Source: Rebecca billardiae RCC1528
Lineage: Eukaryota > Protista > Haptophyta
Direction of reading: 5' to 3'
Length of the DNA stretch: 64,000 nt
Assembly: GCA_965240325.2 (NCBI GenBank)
Contig: OZ251246.1
Span: 310,001 to 374,000 of the forward strand
Program-made: the position numbers and the translations under genes
Part shown: in pieces, positions 1-11,706 of the stretch
Layout of the letters: each line of letters opens with the position of its first letter
Position numbering within the stretch: position 1 is the stretch's first letter
The notes under the pieces: model-generated
Database searches by the model: none
The model's input: only the letters and a program-made list of their open reading frames with translations
Told to the model about the DNA's origin: nothing

Positions 1-1480
1 GGTGCTGTCGGCGGCGGTGGCGCGGCGTGGCCGGGGGCGGAGACCAAGGGCGGCGGCGGCGTCCGCGGCCGTGCGTCCGAGGGCGCAACCTCGACGATGC
101 GCGTCGAGCCGGATGACGAGCGCGACCTGGGGATGGTGATCGACGGTCGGTCTGTTCCGGCGCTCCGGCGCGCGTTCCAAAACCCCCACATGTCCGGGCG
201 CGCGCGCTTCCGGGTGCTCGAGGACTCGATCGGGCTCTCGGTGAACATTTTTAAGATGATTGACGTGTTCGTGTTGCAGCGGCTGCTGCCGAGAGACTCG
301 ACGGACTCGCTGCCGTTCGCACTCAGCACCGTCGCCGTGCACTACGCGTGCACGCTCGTTGTCGTCGTGCTTCCATGGTTCACCGCGTGGCTCTCGAGCC
401 GCTCGACGATCGCCGCGCGCGCCGGCTGCGCATGGCCGGAGGAGCTGCGCGGCAGCTGTCCGCGCGCGCCCGAGTACGCACCCAGCGTACTGCCCACCGC
501 GCTGGCGCTGGGGTTCGTAGCCTTCATGGGCGTGTACGCCTCCCTCGAGTGTACGCGCGACGCGGCGCGCTCCGCCCCAACGCGAGCGCTCGCCGGCCGC
601 GCGGCCGCGCGGGGCGCCGCGCCGATTCACACGGCGCGCGCGCGCTCCGCCCGCGGCGCCCCGGCCTCTCGCAGACCTGTGCCGCCGGCTGGACGAGCTC
701 AGTGCCGGCGCGCTTGCCGAGGGCGAGGTGGCAATCAACCGCTTCCGTGCGCTCATCCTGCGCATCAAGTGCTCCGTCCTCTTCCGCCGCGTCTTCTACG
801 CCCAGCTGCTGCTCCTCACCGTGGGCGGGCTGTGGTGGACGCAGCACGCGCTCATGTACCTACTCCTACTGGCGTGCGTGATGCCGCAGCGCGTGGTGCC
901 TGTGGTGCTCGCGCTCGCCTCGATCGTCATCAACGCGCGGCTCACCTACGGCTCGCTCCTGCGCGCGCACAACGCGCTCAACAGGCGGCTCAAGGGCCTC
1001 CGGGACACGGCGGTCACGCGCTCGGACGAGATGGAGTCGGCGGTCGAGGCGGTGCTCATGCGGTTTGGGTTCGACAAGGTGCAGATCATGCTGATCATCG
1101 TCGTCTACTCGATCGCCTTCGCCGCGTGCGTCGCGTTCCTCTTCCTCAGCGTCTCGCTCTTTGTCGGTCCAGAAGGGTATATCTCGACGCTCGTCTCGTC
1201 AGCCATCGCCCTGTCCTCCGCCTTCCGCTCCCTGAGCTCGGCGACGGGGAGCGAGGTGTCGGCAGCCATGCTGGATAACCTGAAGACGGAGGCCGCGGTG
1301 CAGGGCGAGCTGGGCGAGCTGCTCGAGGCGTCCAACATGGCGCGCGAGCTGGGTATGGGGGTCGAGGACGCCGCCGGGGAGGAGGACGTGGCCGTCGCGG
1401 TGCAGCGCGCGACGTCGCTCGGCGCGCCGGTCAGAGCCCTGAGCGGCGAGATCAGCAGAGTGCTGGCGGCGGACCAGTAG
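1..1480 (+). CDS. Multi-pass membrane protein of unknown function; probably 5'-partial; intron 551-674
   Basis: Frame 1 is open from base 1 (first ATG at 97). A GTACGC...CTCGCAG intron at 551-674 joins it in frame (T|AC=Tyr, then LCRRLDEL) to the 728-1480 ORF. Several hydrophobic segments are present. Confidence 0.65.
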
Positions 1481-1831
1481 CCGTGATGACGACAGCAGGC
1501 TGGCCACAGGGTCTGACCGAGTCGGGGCTCGTCGCGGCAATGAGGCGCGGCTACGACTGCGGCCCGGCCGGACCGTGGGTGCTGCGCCGGCCGCGAAGGT
1601 CCGTCCACTCGTCCCGCGAGCCGCGACATGGGCATCATGGGGCATGGCACGGCATCGGATATATCATAATCGTCATTATCGCAGCGACGACGCGCAGTAG
1701 GTCGCAGCAGTCGTCGACGTCGAGTACGTCTACTTATGAGGATGACGATCGACTGCTAGTTACTCTCTCTCGCGTCTCTCTCTCTCTCGTAAAGCTCTCT
1801 CTCGCTGCTCTCTGAGTACAGCCTACTGTAG

Positions 1832-2941
1832 CAAGGGTGTCCAGGGTCCGCAACAGCCAGTGCGCAGCGCGGCAGAGGCTGTGACATCGCGAGGTCGCCG
1901 CTCGCCAGTGGGACTCGCCCGCCCGCCGCCGTGCACGGCGGCCGAGCCGCTCGCGCCGTGCGCTCCTGCGGCCGTCGGATCGGGCTGCGTAGGCGGCGCG
2001 CGGCTTGGGCCGTCGGAGAGCCACCCAGCGCCCCTCTCTGCGCCGCGCGCCTTCCTCGTCCTCGCCTCCTCCGCGCCTTGGAGCAGCACGCACACGCGCG
2101 GCGCCGCACAAAGGCAGCCCAGGCGCTCGCGTGCAAGCGTGCGCGCGCGCAGCGCGACGGGCTCGACTCGGGGCTCGCGCCGCTGCGGGGGCATGCAGCA
2201 CCATCACATGCGCGCGCGACGCCACCTCGAGCCTGCGCGTTTGACCGTCAGTGCACGCTGATGCACGTTACAAAATGGTCTGACTTGGCATCATCACACG
2301 TGCGACGGAAGCTTCCACAACGGGCCTTGAGTGCGTCGACGCGATCGATGCGGAGATGGTCATGCTTGCGTGCGCTTCTCTTGTGGTCTCCACGCTTGCT
2401 GAGAAGCGCCGCGTACGTAGCTGTCATCGTGTCTTGCCTAAGAAGTTGTCCTGACGCATGGCAAGTCCTGGTCAGATTGGGCCTACTTCAACACGATGAC
2501 GTGTGAGCATTTGGCGCGTGACGGTCACAGCGATGCGCAGGTTCGAGGTGGCGTCGCGCGCGCATGGGATGGTGCTGCATGCCCCCGCAGCGGCGCGAGC
2601 CCCGAGTCGAGCCCGTCGCGCTGCGCGCGCGCACGCTTGCACGCGAGCGCCTGGGCTGCCTTTGTGCGGCGCCGCGCGTGTGCGTGCTGCTCCAAGGCGC
2701 GGAGGAGGCGAGGACGAGGAAGGCGCGCGGCGCAGAGAGGGGCGCTGGGTGGCTCTCCGACGGCCCAAGCCGCGCGCCGCCTACGCAGCCCGATCCGACG
2801 GCCGCAGGAGCGCACGGCGCGAGCGGCTCGGCCGCCGTGCACGGCGGCGGGCGGGCGAGTCCCACTGGCGAGCGGCGACCTCGCGATGTCACAGCCTCTG
2901 CCGCGCTGCGCACTGGCTGTTGCGGACCCTGGACACCCTTG
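1832..2941. mobile_element. Non-autonomous foldback-type DNA transposon with ~420-bp TIRs (P-superfamily-like)
   Basis: 1832-~2250 is the near-perfect reverse complement of ~2519-2941. Termini are CAAGGG...CCCTTG. Flanks ACTGTAG (1825-1831) and CCTGTAG (2942-2948) form a 7-bp TSD with 1 mismatch. Confidence 0.85.
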
Positions 2942-2953
2942 CCTGTAGTGAGT

Positions 2954-4074
2954 CAAGGGGAGTCAGGGTACAGCACGTCCAGTTGGGCTGCAGCTGGAGC
3001 TTGGGTCCAAAAGCTTCCCGCCGCGCAGCGGCACTCGCCGCCGCCGCCGCCGTCGATGGGCGGTTGTGGCGCGCACGGCGTGAGCCGCTGCGGGCGCTGA
3101 GGTGCGCGCGACGGCGGCGCGCCCGGCGGCGCTGCTGTAGGAGACCACTGCCCTCCTCTCTGCCCCGCGCGCTTCGCTCGTCGTCGCCGTCTCCGCGCCT
3201 GCGACCAGCGCGCACGCGATCGCCGCACCGCCCGGCAGCCGGGGCAATCTCAGCCGTGACTGCGCATGTGCGTCGCGACCTGGTCGGCCCAGCGCGCGAG
3301 GCGCGTGCGGGCGAGGCAGGGCCAGTGTGGCCGCGCGCCATGCCGCCTCGACCTTGCGCCGGTGGGCATGTCGCCGGCCTTGCACCTCTGTCGACAACGT
3401 TGACAACCAATGCGGCACGCAAGCGCAGACGTCAGTGTGCACGATCGAGGCAGTAGGCGTACAGACGCGATAGTTGCAGAGCCTTTTGTGATCATGCGAG
3501 TCATGCATTGTCAGCGACTCTCGCCCAGGTCGTCTGCGCGCTGAACTGACGTTTTGACTGAGTGCCTCGAGATCGCCTCGACGATGGCCCGTGCATTGCT
3601 TGAACACTCACCACAGTCCAAGCGGGCAACCAGACACATGTGCTCAGTTCCCTGTTGTACGCTCTGATGGGCTTACTTGAGGCGGCATGGCGCGCGGCCA
3701 CACTGGCCCTGCCTCGCCCGCACGCGTCTCGCGCGCTGGGCCGACCAGGTCGCGACGCACATGCGCAGTCACGGCTGAGATTGCCCCGGCTGCCGGGCGG
3801 TGCGGCGATCGCGTGCGCGCTGGTCGCAGGCGCGGAGACGGCGACGACGAGCGAAGCGCGCGGGGCAGAGAGGAGGGCAGTGGTCTCCTACAGCAGCGCC
3901 GCCGGGCGCGCCGCCGTCGCGCGCACCTCAGCGCCCGCAGCGGCTCACGCCGTGCGCGCCACAACCGCCCATCGACGGCGGCGGCGGCGGCGAGTGCCGC
4001 TGCGCGGCGGGAAGCTTTTGGACCCAAGCTCCAGCTGCAGCCCAACTGGACGTGCTGTACCCTGACTCCCCTTG
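2954..4074. mobile_element. Second non-autonomous foldback-type DNA transposon with 396-bp TIRs (P-superfamily-like)
   Basis: 2954-3349 is the reverse complement of 3679-4074. Termini are CAAGGG...CCCTTG. Perfect 7-bp TSD AGTGAGT at 2947-2953 and 4075-4081. Confidence 0.9.
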
Positions 4075-4336
4075 AGTGAGTAGACTCTCTCAGACTCTCT
4101 CGCTTCGTCGGCGGATCATTATTGCGCTCCGAGTCCGAGCTGAGACCGTATGCCTGAATCGGCGGCCCGCCAACAAACCGTATAGTGCCAAAACGGCATG
4201 TTGCGCTTAGACCAGTGCGAGCGCGTCCGCCGACAGCCACCAGGCACCAGCTGCCATTATTGCGCAGCGCGGCGTGTGCGTCGCGCCCCAGCAAAAGAGC
4301 GCCGCGTTGCGCGCGCGCTCAAACCCGGCCCGCTCA

Positions 4337-5305
4337 CTAGCCGCACCGGGTCGTGCTGCGCTGGGCGGGCAGCAGCTGCGCCTCCGCTGCGACGGACTGG
4401 CGCCAGACCCCCTCCAGCGTCTCGTCGCCAGCGCAGGCCAGCGGCAGCTCGGCGCGCGCCCCCGTGGCGGGGCTGGCCTCGCCGGGGACGGGCGCCAGCC
4501 GCGCGCGCCCCCGCGTGAAGCGGCCGAGCACTGCATCGAGCGCTCGCGTGATGGGCAGGGTGCGCACCCGCGGCGGGACGAGCCCGCGCCGCGCGGCCTC
4601 GAAGAAAATGTCCGCCAAGTGGAAGCGCTCGACGGGCGCCGCTGCGAGCTCGCGCCCCTCGGCGGTGCGCGCGAGCCACGCGCACGCATGCGCCGCCTGC
4701 ACGTGCGCGCACACGAACTGCCGGAGCAACGAGTCGTCCGGCTCAACGGTGCGCGCACCGCCTGTGGCTGCGGGCTCGGCAGCGGGGTCTGACGATGATG
4801 ACGGCGACGGCGGTCCGGCTCCAAGATGCGCGCACCGCCTGTGGCTGCGGGCTCGGGGTCTGACGATGATGACGGCGACGGCAGCAGTTCGTGCATGTTG
4901 AGCACGGCGATGCCGCCCGTGGCCGCCGCAGCAGCTTGCAAGCGCGCGGCTCCACCGTGCATGGGCAGTCATGCCGTCCCGGCCCGCTATCCACATCCGC
5001 GACTGATTGCTGCCCAGCCAGGCGCCGAGAGTGCGATGATAGCTTGCTGCGCGCCCGACCTTAGCGGGCATGCGAGCGCGCGTCGTGTCTGTGCGGAAAG
5101 TCTGGCGGTACAACGAGACCGCCCAGCACTCGTAGAAGCTGAAGCGGCGGTACTACACGAGCACGACATCATGCACGCGGAACCCGCCCCCGCGCAGCGC
5201 GTCGAGGAGCACCTCGGGCGCCGGCGCGTGCCAGGACAAAGGCTCTTCGGAAATGAGTACTGGCGACCGAGCGCGTCTCGCGTTGGCGAGGTCGGCCTGG
5301 AACTC
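4337..5305 (-). pseudogene. Decayed sulfotransferase-fold (P-loop) like gene
   Basis: The frame of ORF 4337-5113 continues upstream as EFQADLANARRARSPVLISEEPLS...EVLLDALRGGGFRVHDVVLV*YRRFSFYECWAVSLYRQ. It has an in-frame TAG at 5155-5153, a TAA at 5308-5306 and an internal ~55-bp duplication (~4750-4810 and ~4828-4882). The family call rests on motif resemblance only. Confidence 0.45.
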
Positions 5306-5739
5306 TTAGTGTCTTACTCGGCCCAGTGGCGCACTGGCCGCCGGCGCCCGGTTCGTCTACGCTCGCGGGTCGTCGGCTTCGCAGTCAGCACCAAATCGGC
5401 GACGTCGTCGACAGTTGCGCCAGACCCACCAAAACCAACTGCGCAACACTGTAGTCAAATATCAGTCACTCTCACAGACACAGTCACAGCCCCGTGAACC
5501 GTGAACCGGGCGACCGCTGCCGCTGGCGCTGCGGCCGGCGCCACGGCACGGGGCCCCCGCAGCTGCTGCGCTTCTGAGTCTGCCGCGTCTGTGCGGCAGG
5601 CGCGGCCATCGGCATCGCTCGGCCGAGGCTGCCGGCCGCGCTGCCGCCGGGAGATTGTATCTCCCGTGGCCTTCGGCCGGGAGATTGTATCTCCCGTGCC
5701 CGCCAAGACGCGCCGGCTCTGACCGTTCGCGCGAGGGGC

Positions 5740-6728
5740 TCACGGGCCCGCCGCGCCCGCCGGCGTCGGCGCGGCGGCGTGCTCCGCGGCGGGCCCCAGC
5801 AGGTCCTCGTCGAGCTGCGCGTGGCTGGTGAGGAACCAGCGCGCGCAGTGCGCGCTCGTGCACACCTCTCTCGGCAGCGGGCGCGTGCGTGACCCACTTG
5901 GCTCCGACGGCGGCGGCACGGGGCTTGAGGCGCCGCCGCCGCCGTTCGCGCACGCCTCGGCGCCGGACGTGGCCGGGCCGGCCCCGCCACCGCCGCCGGC
6001 CGCGCCGCCCGCGTTGACCCCGGCCGGAGATGCAATCTCGGCCCCGCCACCGCCGCCGGCCGCGCCGCCCACCTCGACCCAGGCCGGAGATACAATCTCG
6101 ACGTCCACCTCTGTCGCCTCGTGCGGCTCCCCTGGCGCGAACGCCTGTCGCGCCGGGTGCGGCGGTGCCATACTGATGCAGCTGGCGAGCGGCTGCGACT
6201 CGTTGCCGAGCAGCCTCGCGGGCCAGCGCAGGCCGGCCGCGCTCGCGCCCGACGCCTCCGGCGCCGGCTCGGCCATGCACGGCCCGAGCACCCGGCCGGG
6301 TGAGCCGAGCGCGCCGCCGCCGCCGCCGCCCACACACGCCGCACTCGGCGGGCCGCCGCTTAGAGGCCACCACCCAATCATAAGTGTGAGGCGGCGGCGC
6401 GTGGGCACACCACCGTCCAGCTCTGACGAGGGCGCGCCCGCGGGCGGCGCCGCGGGCGGCAGGTCCGGGATCACGCCGTGCAGCAGCGAGCCGTCGAAGA
6501 GGCACAGCCGAGCGCACGGGTGCGCGACAGACGGCACCAGCCACGCGCGCTTCGCGGGCGCAGAGTCCCCAGGCCTCTGCTCAAGAACGACCGTTGGGCC
6601 ACCGACGGTGGGCGGCGCGTGCGCTGGCCGGCCGCCGTCGGGCGAGGCGGCGCCGCTCGGCAGCGCACCCGGCCCCGCGCCACGCTCCCCACGCTCGCCA
6701 CCCGCCGCGCCCGCGCGGCCCGCACCAC

Positions 6729-6785
<57 letters not shown>

Positions 6786-7974
6786 TGCCCCAGTTGTGCT
6801 CTGCCGACAGAAAAAGTACCGAGCTGACGGCGGGGCAGCGCACGCGCGGCGGCCCGCCGTCGTCGCCCGTCATCGCCACCTCGTCCGTGTCGTAGTGCAG
6901 CTGGTGCCCCGCGTCCGTCGCGCGCGAGTGCACCCACCACTCCGCCCAGCCCATGCGCAGCCCGCGCCACTTGGACGCGCCGGCGACGAGCGCGCGCGTG
7001 TCTTCGTTGGCGTGCGCGGTGCAGAGACCCGAGGCGGCGGTGGCCTCGACGAGCGGCTGGAGGTGGGCGATGAGCTCGGCGATCGGCCCGCCCGCGCGCA
7101 CCGCGCTCGGCGGCTCGGCCTCCGCGCCGCGCGCGCGCTTGCGCCGCGCGCCCGCCGCCTCGCGGCTCGCGCGCGCCTGCGCAGTCACCGCCTCGAGAGA
7201 CAGCGGGCGCAAGTACGAAAAGAAATTGCGAGTCGGATATTCGTGCTCCTTCCAGAAGGAGGCCTCCGGGCTGAGCGCGGCGCGCACCCGCGAGGCGAGC
7301 CCTGGGGGGAGCACGCCGTCGAGCACGCGCACCGGCGTGGTCTGCGTCGCGCCCACGCCCAGCGCCGCGTGGCTCGGCGGCGGCGGCAGCGGCGCGGCGG
7401 GCGGCGGCGCGGCGGGCGGCGGCGGCGGCGGCATCAGAATCTGCGGCGAGAGCTTGAGGCGGACGGCGAGCTTCTCGAGGTACACGTCGGCGGCGGCGTG
7501 CCGCCCCGTCTGCGTGAGCAGCAGCGCGAGCTCGTGCAGCGCGGACGCGCCCGCGCTCAGCTGCGCGACCAGCGCCGGGTCCTCCGCCCACTCCGCGCAC
7601 GCTTCATCATCCTCCTCGTCGCCGTACTCCTCCCACGCGTGCCAGACGGCCTCGAGCGCGCCGCGCCAGTCGGCCTCGGCGAGCGCGTGCGCGCCCATCG
7701 AGCGGTGCAGCGAGCCGCGCAGCAGCAGCGCCTCGGCCGACTCGGGGCACGACTCGAGCGCGCGCTGGCACAAGTGAATGGCGGCATCCGAGCTCTGGCC
7801 GCGCTCGGCGCGGCGCGCGCCCTCGATGCACACGTCCGCCTCGAGCATGCGCGCAGAGGGGCCATCGATGCGCGCGATCCGCGCGAGCAGCGCGCCCACG
7901 TCCGCCGTCGGCCGCTCGAGAAGCCGGCCGAACTCCTCGACGCAACGCTCGAGCTCGCTGTGCGAGGGCGGCAT
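5740..7974 (-). CDS. TPR-repeat plus 2OG-Fe(II) oxygenase-like protein
   Basis: 744-aa ORF. N-terminal TPR-like helices (AIHLCQRALESCPESAEALLLRG). Dioxygenase motifs AEWWVH, HQLHYD (HxD), SSVLFLS, GGPTVV, LFDGSLLHGVIP (distal His) and RRLTLMIGWW. Confidence 0.8.
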
Positions 7975-8206
7975 GGGGGCGGCGTGCTCCGCAAAGCACG
8001 AGCGCGTGGCCGAGCGCAGTGCTTCCGCCCCCGTGCGTCGTTCTCGACGTTCGGCAGCTTCTCACCTTTTAACCGTGCTACTTGTAGCCGGTACTCACCT
8101 TCACAATGTACGGGTCGGCGCGCGCGGCCACCCTTTATTTCTTTGGCCACGCCATCGTGCCGGCAAAGCCCGCGTCAAGGCCGCTGCTGGGTTGTTGACC
8201 ACACGG

Positions 8207-9799
8207 ATGGCGTGGCCCTGGCCCTGCGGCTGGCGGCGGCAGGCAGACGGGCCGCCGGCGCGGCGCGACGGGCCCATCAAGCCCCCCGCCGTCCAAGGCC
8301 GCCGCGTCAGCATCGTCGTCGACAGCCTCGACGATTCTCGCGCCGGGCGCGCGGCGGGCGAGCAGCTTGCGCGAAGCTTGGTCGGGCGTGCCGAGGGGGC
8401 GGCTGGGTCCTGCTGCTTCGCCCGCGCGTGCTGCGACTGCGAGCCGGTCGCCGCCCAGCTCCTCACGCACCAAGGCGAGCGCCTCCACCATCTCACCCGC
8501 CTCGTCTGCCAGCGCGCGCACGCGATGCTCTGGGTACACGACGCTCGAAGCTGGAGCGCAAGCGCGCACCCGCGAAGCGACGCGGCGGAGGAGCTGGCGC
8601 GGCTGCTCGAGGCGGCGCTGCAGCGGCCGTACCTGCGGCTGGCGTGCATGAGCGAGGTGCCCATCGCGCTCGTCATCATCACCGACGACCACCGCGCCGA
8701 TCAGGCCGGACCGGTGGCCGTGTTGCGCCGTGCGCCGGCCGCGCGCGCGGCGCACGGCGCAGGCGGCCGCGGCGGCGGCGCGCGCGGCGGCGCCGAGCCG
8801 AGCTCGTCGTGGCCGTTCATCGCGCAGACGGGCGTAGACGGCCGGTTGTACTGGCCGGGAGAGCCGGACGCGTCCGCCATGCCCGTGCCCGTCTTTGCGG
8901 CGCCGGCGCACGTCAACTCCCACAGCATGGCCGCCGCCGGCCGCAGTGTCAGCGCGCCTGCGGCCGATGGCATCGGGGGACATAGTCCGGTGGCGGACGC
9001 GCGCGCGGACGGGGGCTCGGGCGGTGGCTCGGCGCCGGCGGATGGGCTCGAGAGCGCCGTCCTCTGGGCCGTGGCGGAGGTGCTGCAGCGCAGGCGGCGC
9101 GCCGCGCACGCGCTGGAATCCGCGCTACTCGCATCCGCGAGCGCGCCGCCGCTCGCGATTCCGCCGACGTGGGCGGCGCCGCCGTCGGGACAGCACGGCC
9201 GCGCGCAGTCGCACTGGTGGCTGCCGTGGCGACCGTGGCGCGAGCGCGGCCTGCGACTGCTCCCGCCGCACCCGCCCGTGGCCCGGCTGCCGCTGCCGCC
9301 GTGCGCGTGCCGACATTTCCGCCAGTGTCCCTCCTGTCAGCTCACCAGGCAGGCGCGCGCCAACTGCGGCTGCGCGCAATCTCGAGTCGATCTCCCGTGG
9401 AGCACGCCGTGGCCGGTGCTGCGGCTGCTGCTGCTTGCGGCGGCGGCGGCGCCGGCGCGCGCGCACGGCGGCGACGACGCGGCCCGCTGCGCCGCGCAGG
9501 ACGCGGTGCAGCCGCGCGCCGGCGTGCAGCACGCGGCGCACAGCCTCGCGTGCGCGCTCGAGCCTACTGCACCAGCCTCCGGCGCACCGGCGCGCTGCGC
9601 CGAGCCAGCAGCAGCTGCTGCTGCGAGCACGCATTGCAGCCCCACGCCGGCGCCACCCGCCGGCAGCGCGGCCGCGTGCGGCGGCAGCCCGCTCGGCCGG
9701 CTCTCCTCCGATCTGATCGTGCTGATCGTGCGCCACCTCAACGCGCTCCACTGGTCGGAGTACGAGGCGCGCGTCGGGCACGTGCTCCGCCGAGTGTGA
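8207..9799 (+). CDS. Protein with degenerate Arf/Arl-like small-GTPase segment and C-terminal F-box/SOCS-like motif
   Basis: ATG at 8207 lies within ORF 7778-9799. AHAMLWVHDARS...AAEELARLL...VPIALVII resembles the Arf beta4-alpha3-beta5 region, but there is no P-loop. C-terminus LGRLSSDLIVLIVRHL. Confidence 0.5.
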   Translation: MAWPWPCGWRRQADGPPARRDGPIKPPAVQGRRVSIVVDSLDDSRAGRAAGEQLARSLVGRAEGAAGSCCFARACCDCEPVAAQLLTHQGERLHHLTRLVCQRAHAMLWVHDARSWSASAHPRSDAAEELARLLEAALQRPYLRLACMSEVPIALVIITDDHRADQAGPVAVLRRAPAARAAHGAGGRGGGARGGAEPSSSWPFIAQTGVDGRLYWPGEPDASAMPVPVFAAPAHVNSHSMAAAGRSVSAPAADGIGGHSPVADARADGGSGGGSAPADGLESAVLWAVAEVLQRRRRAAHALESALLASASAPPLAIPPTWAAPPSGQHGRAQSHWWLPWRPWRERGLRLLPPHPPVARLPLPPCACRHFRQCPSCQLTRQARANCGCAQSRVDLPWSTPWPVLRLLLLAAAAAPARAHGGDDAARCAAQDAVQPRAGVQHAAHSLACALEPTAPASGAPARCAEPAAAAAASTHCSPTPAPPAGSAAACGGSPLGRLSSDLIVLIVRHLNALHWSEYEARVGHVLRRV

Positions 9800-10697
9800 C
9801 GCTCGACTCGCTCGAGTTGTCGAGTCCTAGCCCTACGCGCTCTGCTACTGCTTATCTACTACGACAACCTCTCCGGGACGGAGTCGGAGTCAGCACTTAT
9901 AGAGTAGTACGACAGAGAATGACCGCGCCGACGTCCGGGGCACTCGGCCGCCCGCGCGCGGTCCGCAGCGCCATATTCCATCGGCCATAATAAAATGATA
10001 AATAACGACGCCGCAGTCCGCACGGGACTCGCGTGACGTGACGTACCCCGGTACCGGTACGGTCCGCGGCCGTGCTGGCGATCGGCACGCCGCACACGCG
10101 GTAGTAGTACTAGTACTCGTCATGGATAGTATACCGATCGTAGTCTTCGGACACTGTAATAAGTGAGTGCCATGACGCTTGATGAGTGTGACAGTGTCTT
10201 AGTATCTCACTGCCACGGCCGGGTGACCGGACTGGCTGCGGCACTGGCACTCGCTGGCTGACCGAGTAGTCGCCGCCGTATGAGTACGTACTGCTGATAT
10301 CGGCGGCCGGAGCATCGTCATCAATTATATCATCATCATCACTCAGGCTCAGCCGAGGGCGAGAAGATCGAGTCAGAATAATCGGCATCATCATCATCAA
10401 TCATCATCATTCATCAGCATCATCGGCATCGTCGTCATCAGTCGTCCGTCATGATGGCTGACGATGATGATATGATGCGCGCAGCGCGCGCACATGCGTA
10501 CGTCGTCTTACAAGTCAGAGACATCAGTTGATCATCACAGCGCAGTCCGAGTCACTGTCGAGACTGTCGACAAAATAGACATTCACGCGCGTGGGCTGGA
10601 GAGTGGAGTGCCCAGCAGAGCAGTCCGACGGTCCGACGAGCGCGTCCTGATGAACGATCTGGCCCCGCCGGGCGCCCGAGGACGTCTCGTCACGCCA

Positions 10698-11652
10698 TCA
10701 CTGGTCGGCCGCCGGCGCGCCGTCGGGCGCCCCGAGCAGCGCCAGCAGGCGCGCGTGCCCCGGGTGCAGCCGGCGGCAGATCTGCAGCGGCGTCTCATAT
10801 CGCAGCGACGTGGTGCGTGCCTGCTCCCGCTGCGAGAGGGCGGGCGGGGCGCTGGACGCGCGCGCCTCGAGCAGCAGCGCGAGCGCGTCGGCGTGGCCGT
10901 TCAGCACGGCCCAGTGCACCGGTGTGCGGTGCCACCGGTCGCGCCAGTCCAGTACGCCGCCCTTCCGCTCGCTGTACACACGCACCGCCCCGCCCGCGCC
11001 GCCGGCTGCCGCCGGCCGCGGGAGCCACGCGTCGAGCGCGACGCGGAGCGCGCCGAGCTGCCCCGCGCGCGCGGCGTGGTGCAGGATCGTCTGCTTGTTC
11101 GCGTCCTTCGCGGCGACGGGCGCGCCGGCGTCGAGCAGCAGCCGCAGCGCGTCGCCGCTCGAGCTCTGCGCCGCGGCGTGCGACGCCATGGCGCCGCGCA
11201 CCGACGGGCGGCGGACGTTTGCGCCCGCGTGGAGCAGCAGCCGGACCAGTCCGGCGTCGCCGCTCGCCGCGGCCGCGAAGAGCGGCGATGGCCGCACGCG
11301 CGAGCGTCGCAGCCGCGCGCTCGTGTGCGGCTGCGCCGGTGCAGCGCGCTGCGCGGGCACGGAGGCCGTCGCGGCCGCTCCCGCGAGCTCGCCGTCCCCG
11401 CCAGCCGCCACCACTGCCGCTGCCTCCTCCTCCTCCCCCCACCAGGCACCGAGGCCGCCACCGCTGCCGCCGCCGGCCAGGTCCGCATCCACGCCCCACC
11501 CGGCGCGCGCATCGTCGTCCGCGCCGCCGCGCGCCCCGCCGCCGTCTGGCGAGGCGCCGAGGCTGAGCAGCTCCGCAGCCGTCGCCCGCATCCGCGCGCT
11601 CACCGCCTGAAGCAGCGCCTCCTCCAGGTCCGGGCGCGCGCCGCCGCCCTCT

Positions 11653-11706
<54 letters not shown>

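Noticed and set aside
1860-4079. Mirror-image ORF pairs (1860-2261/2488-2913; 2889-3422/3687-4079)
   Set aside because: By-products of the transposon inverted repeats, not duplicated genes.
5153-5155. Stop-codon reassignment or readthrough at the in-frame TAG
   Set aside because: TAG terminates clear genes here (e.g. RAD6), and the locus has other lesions.
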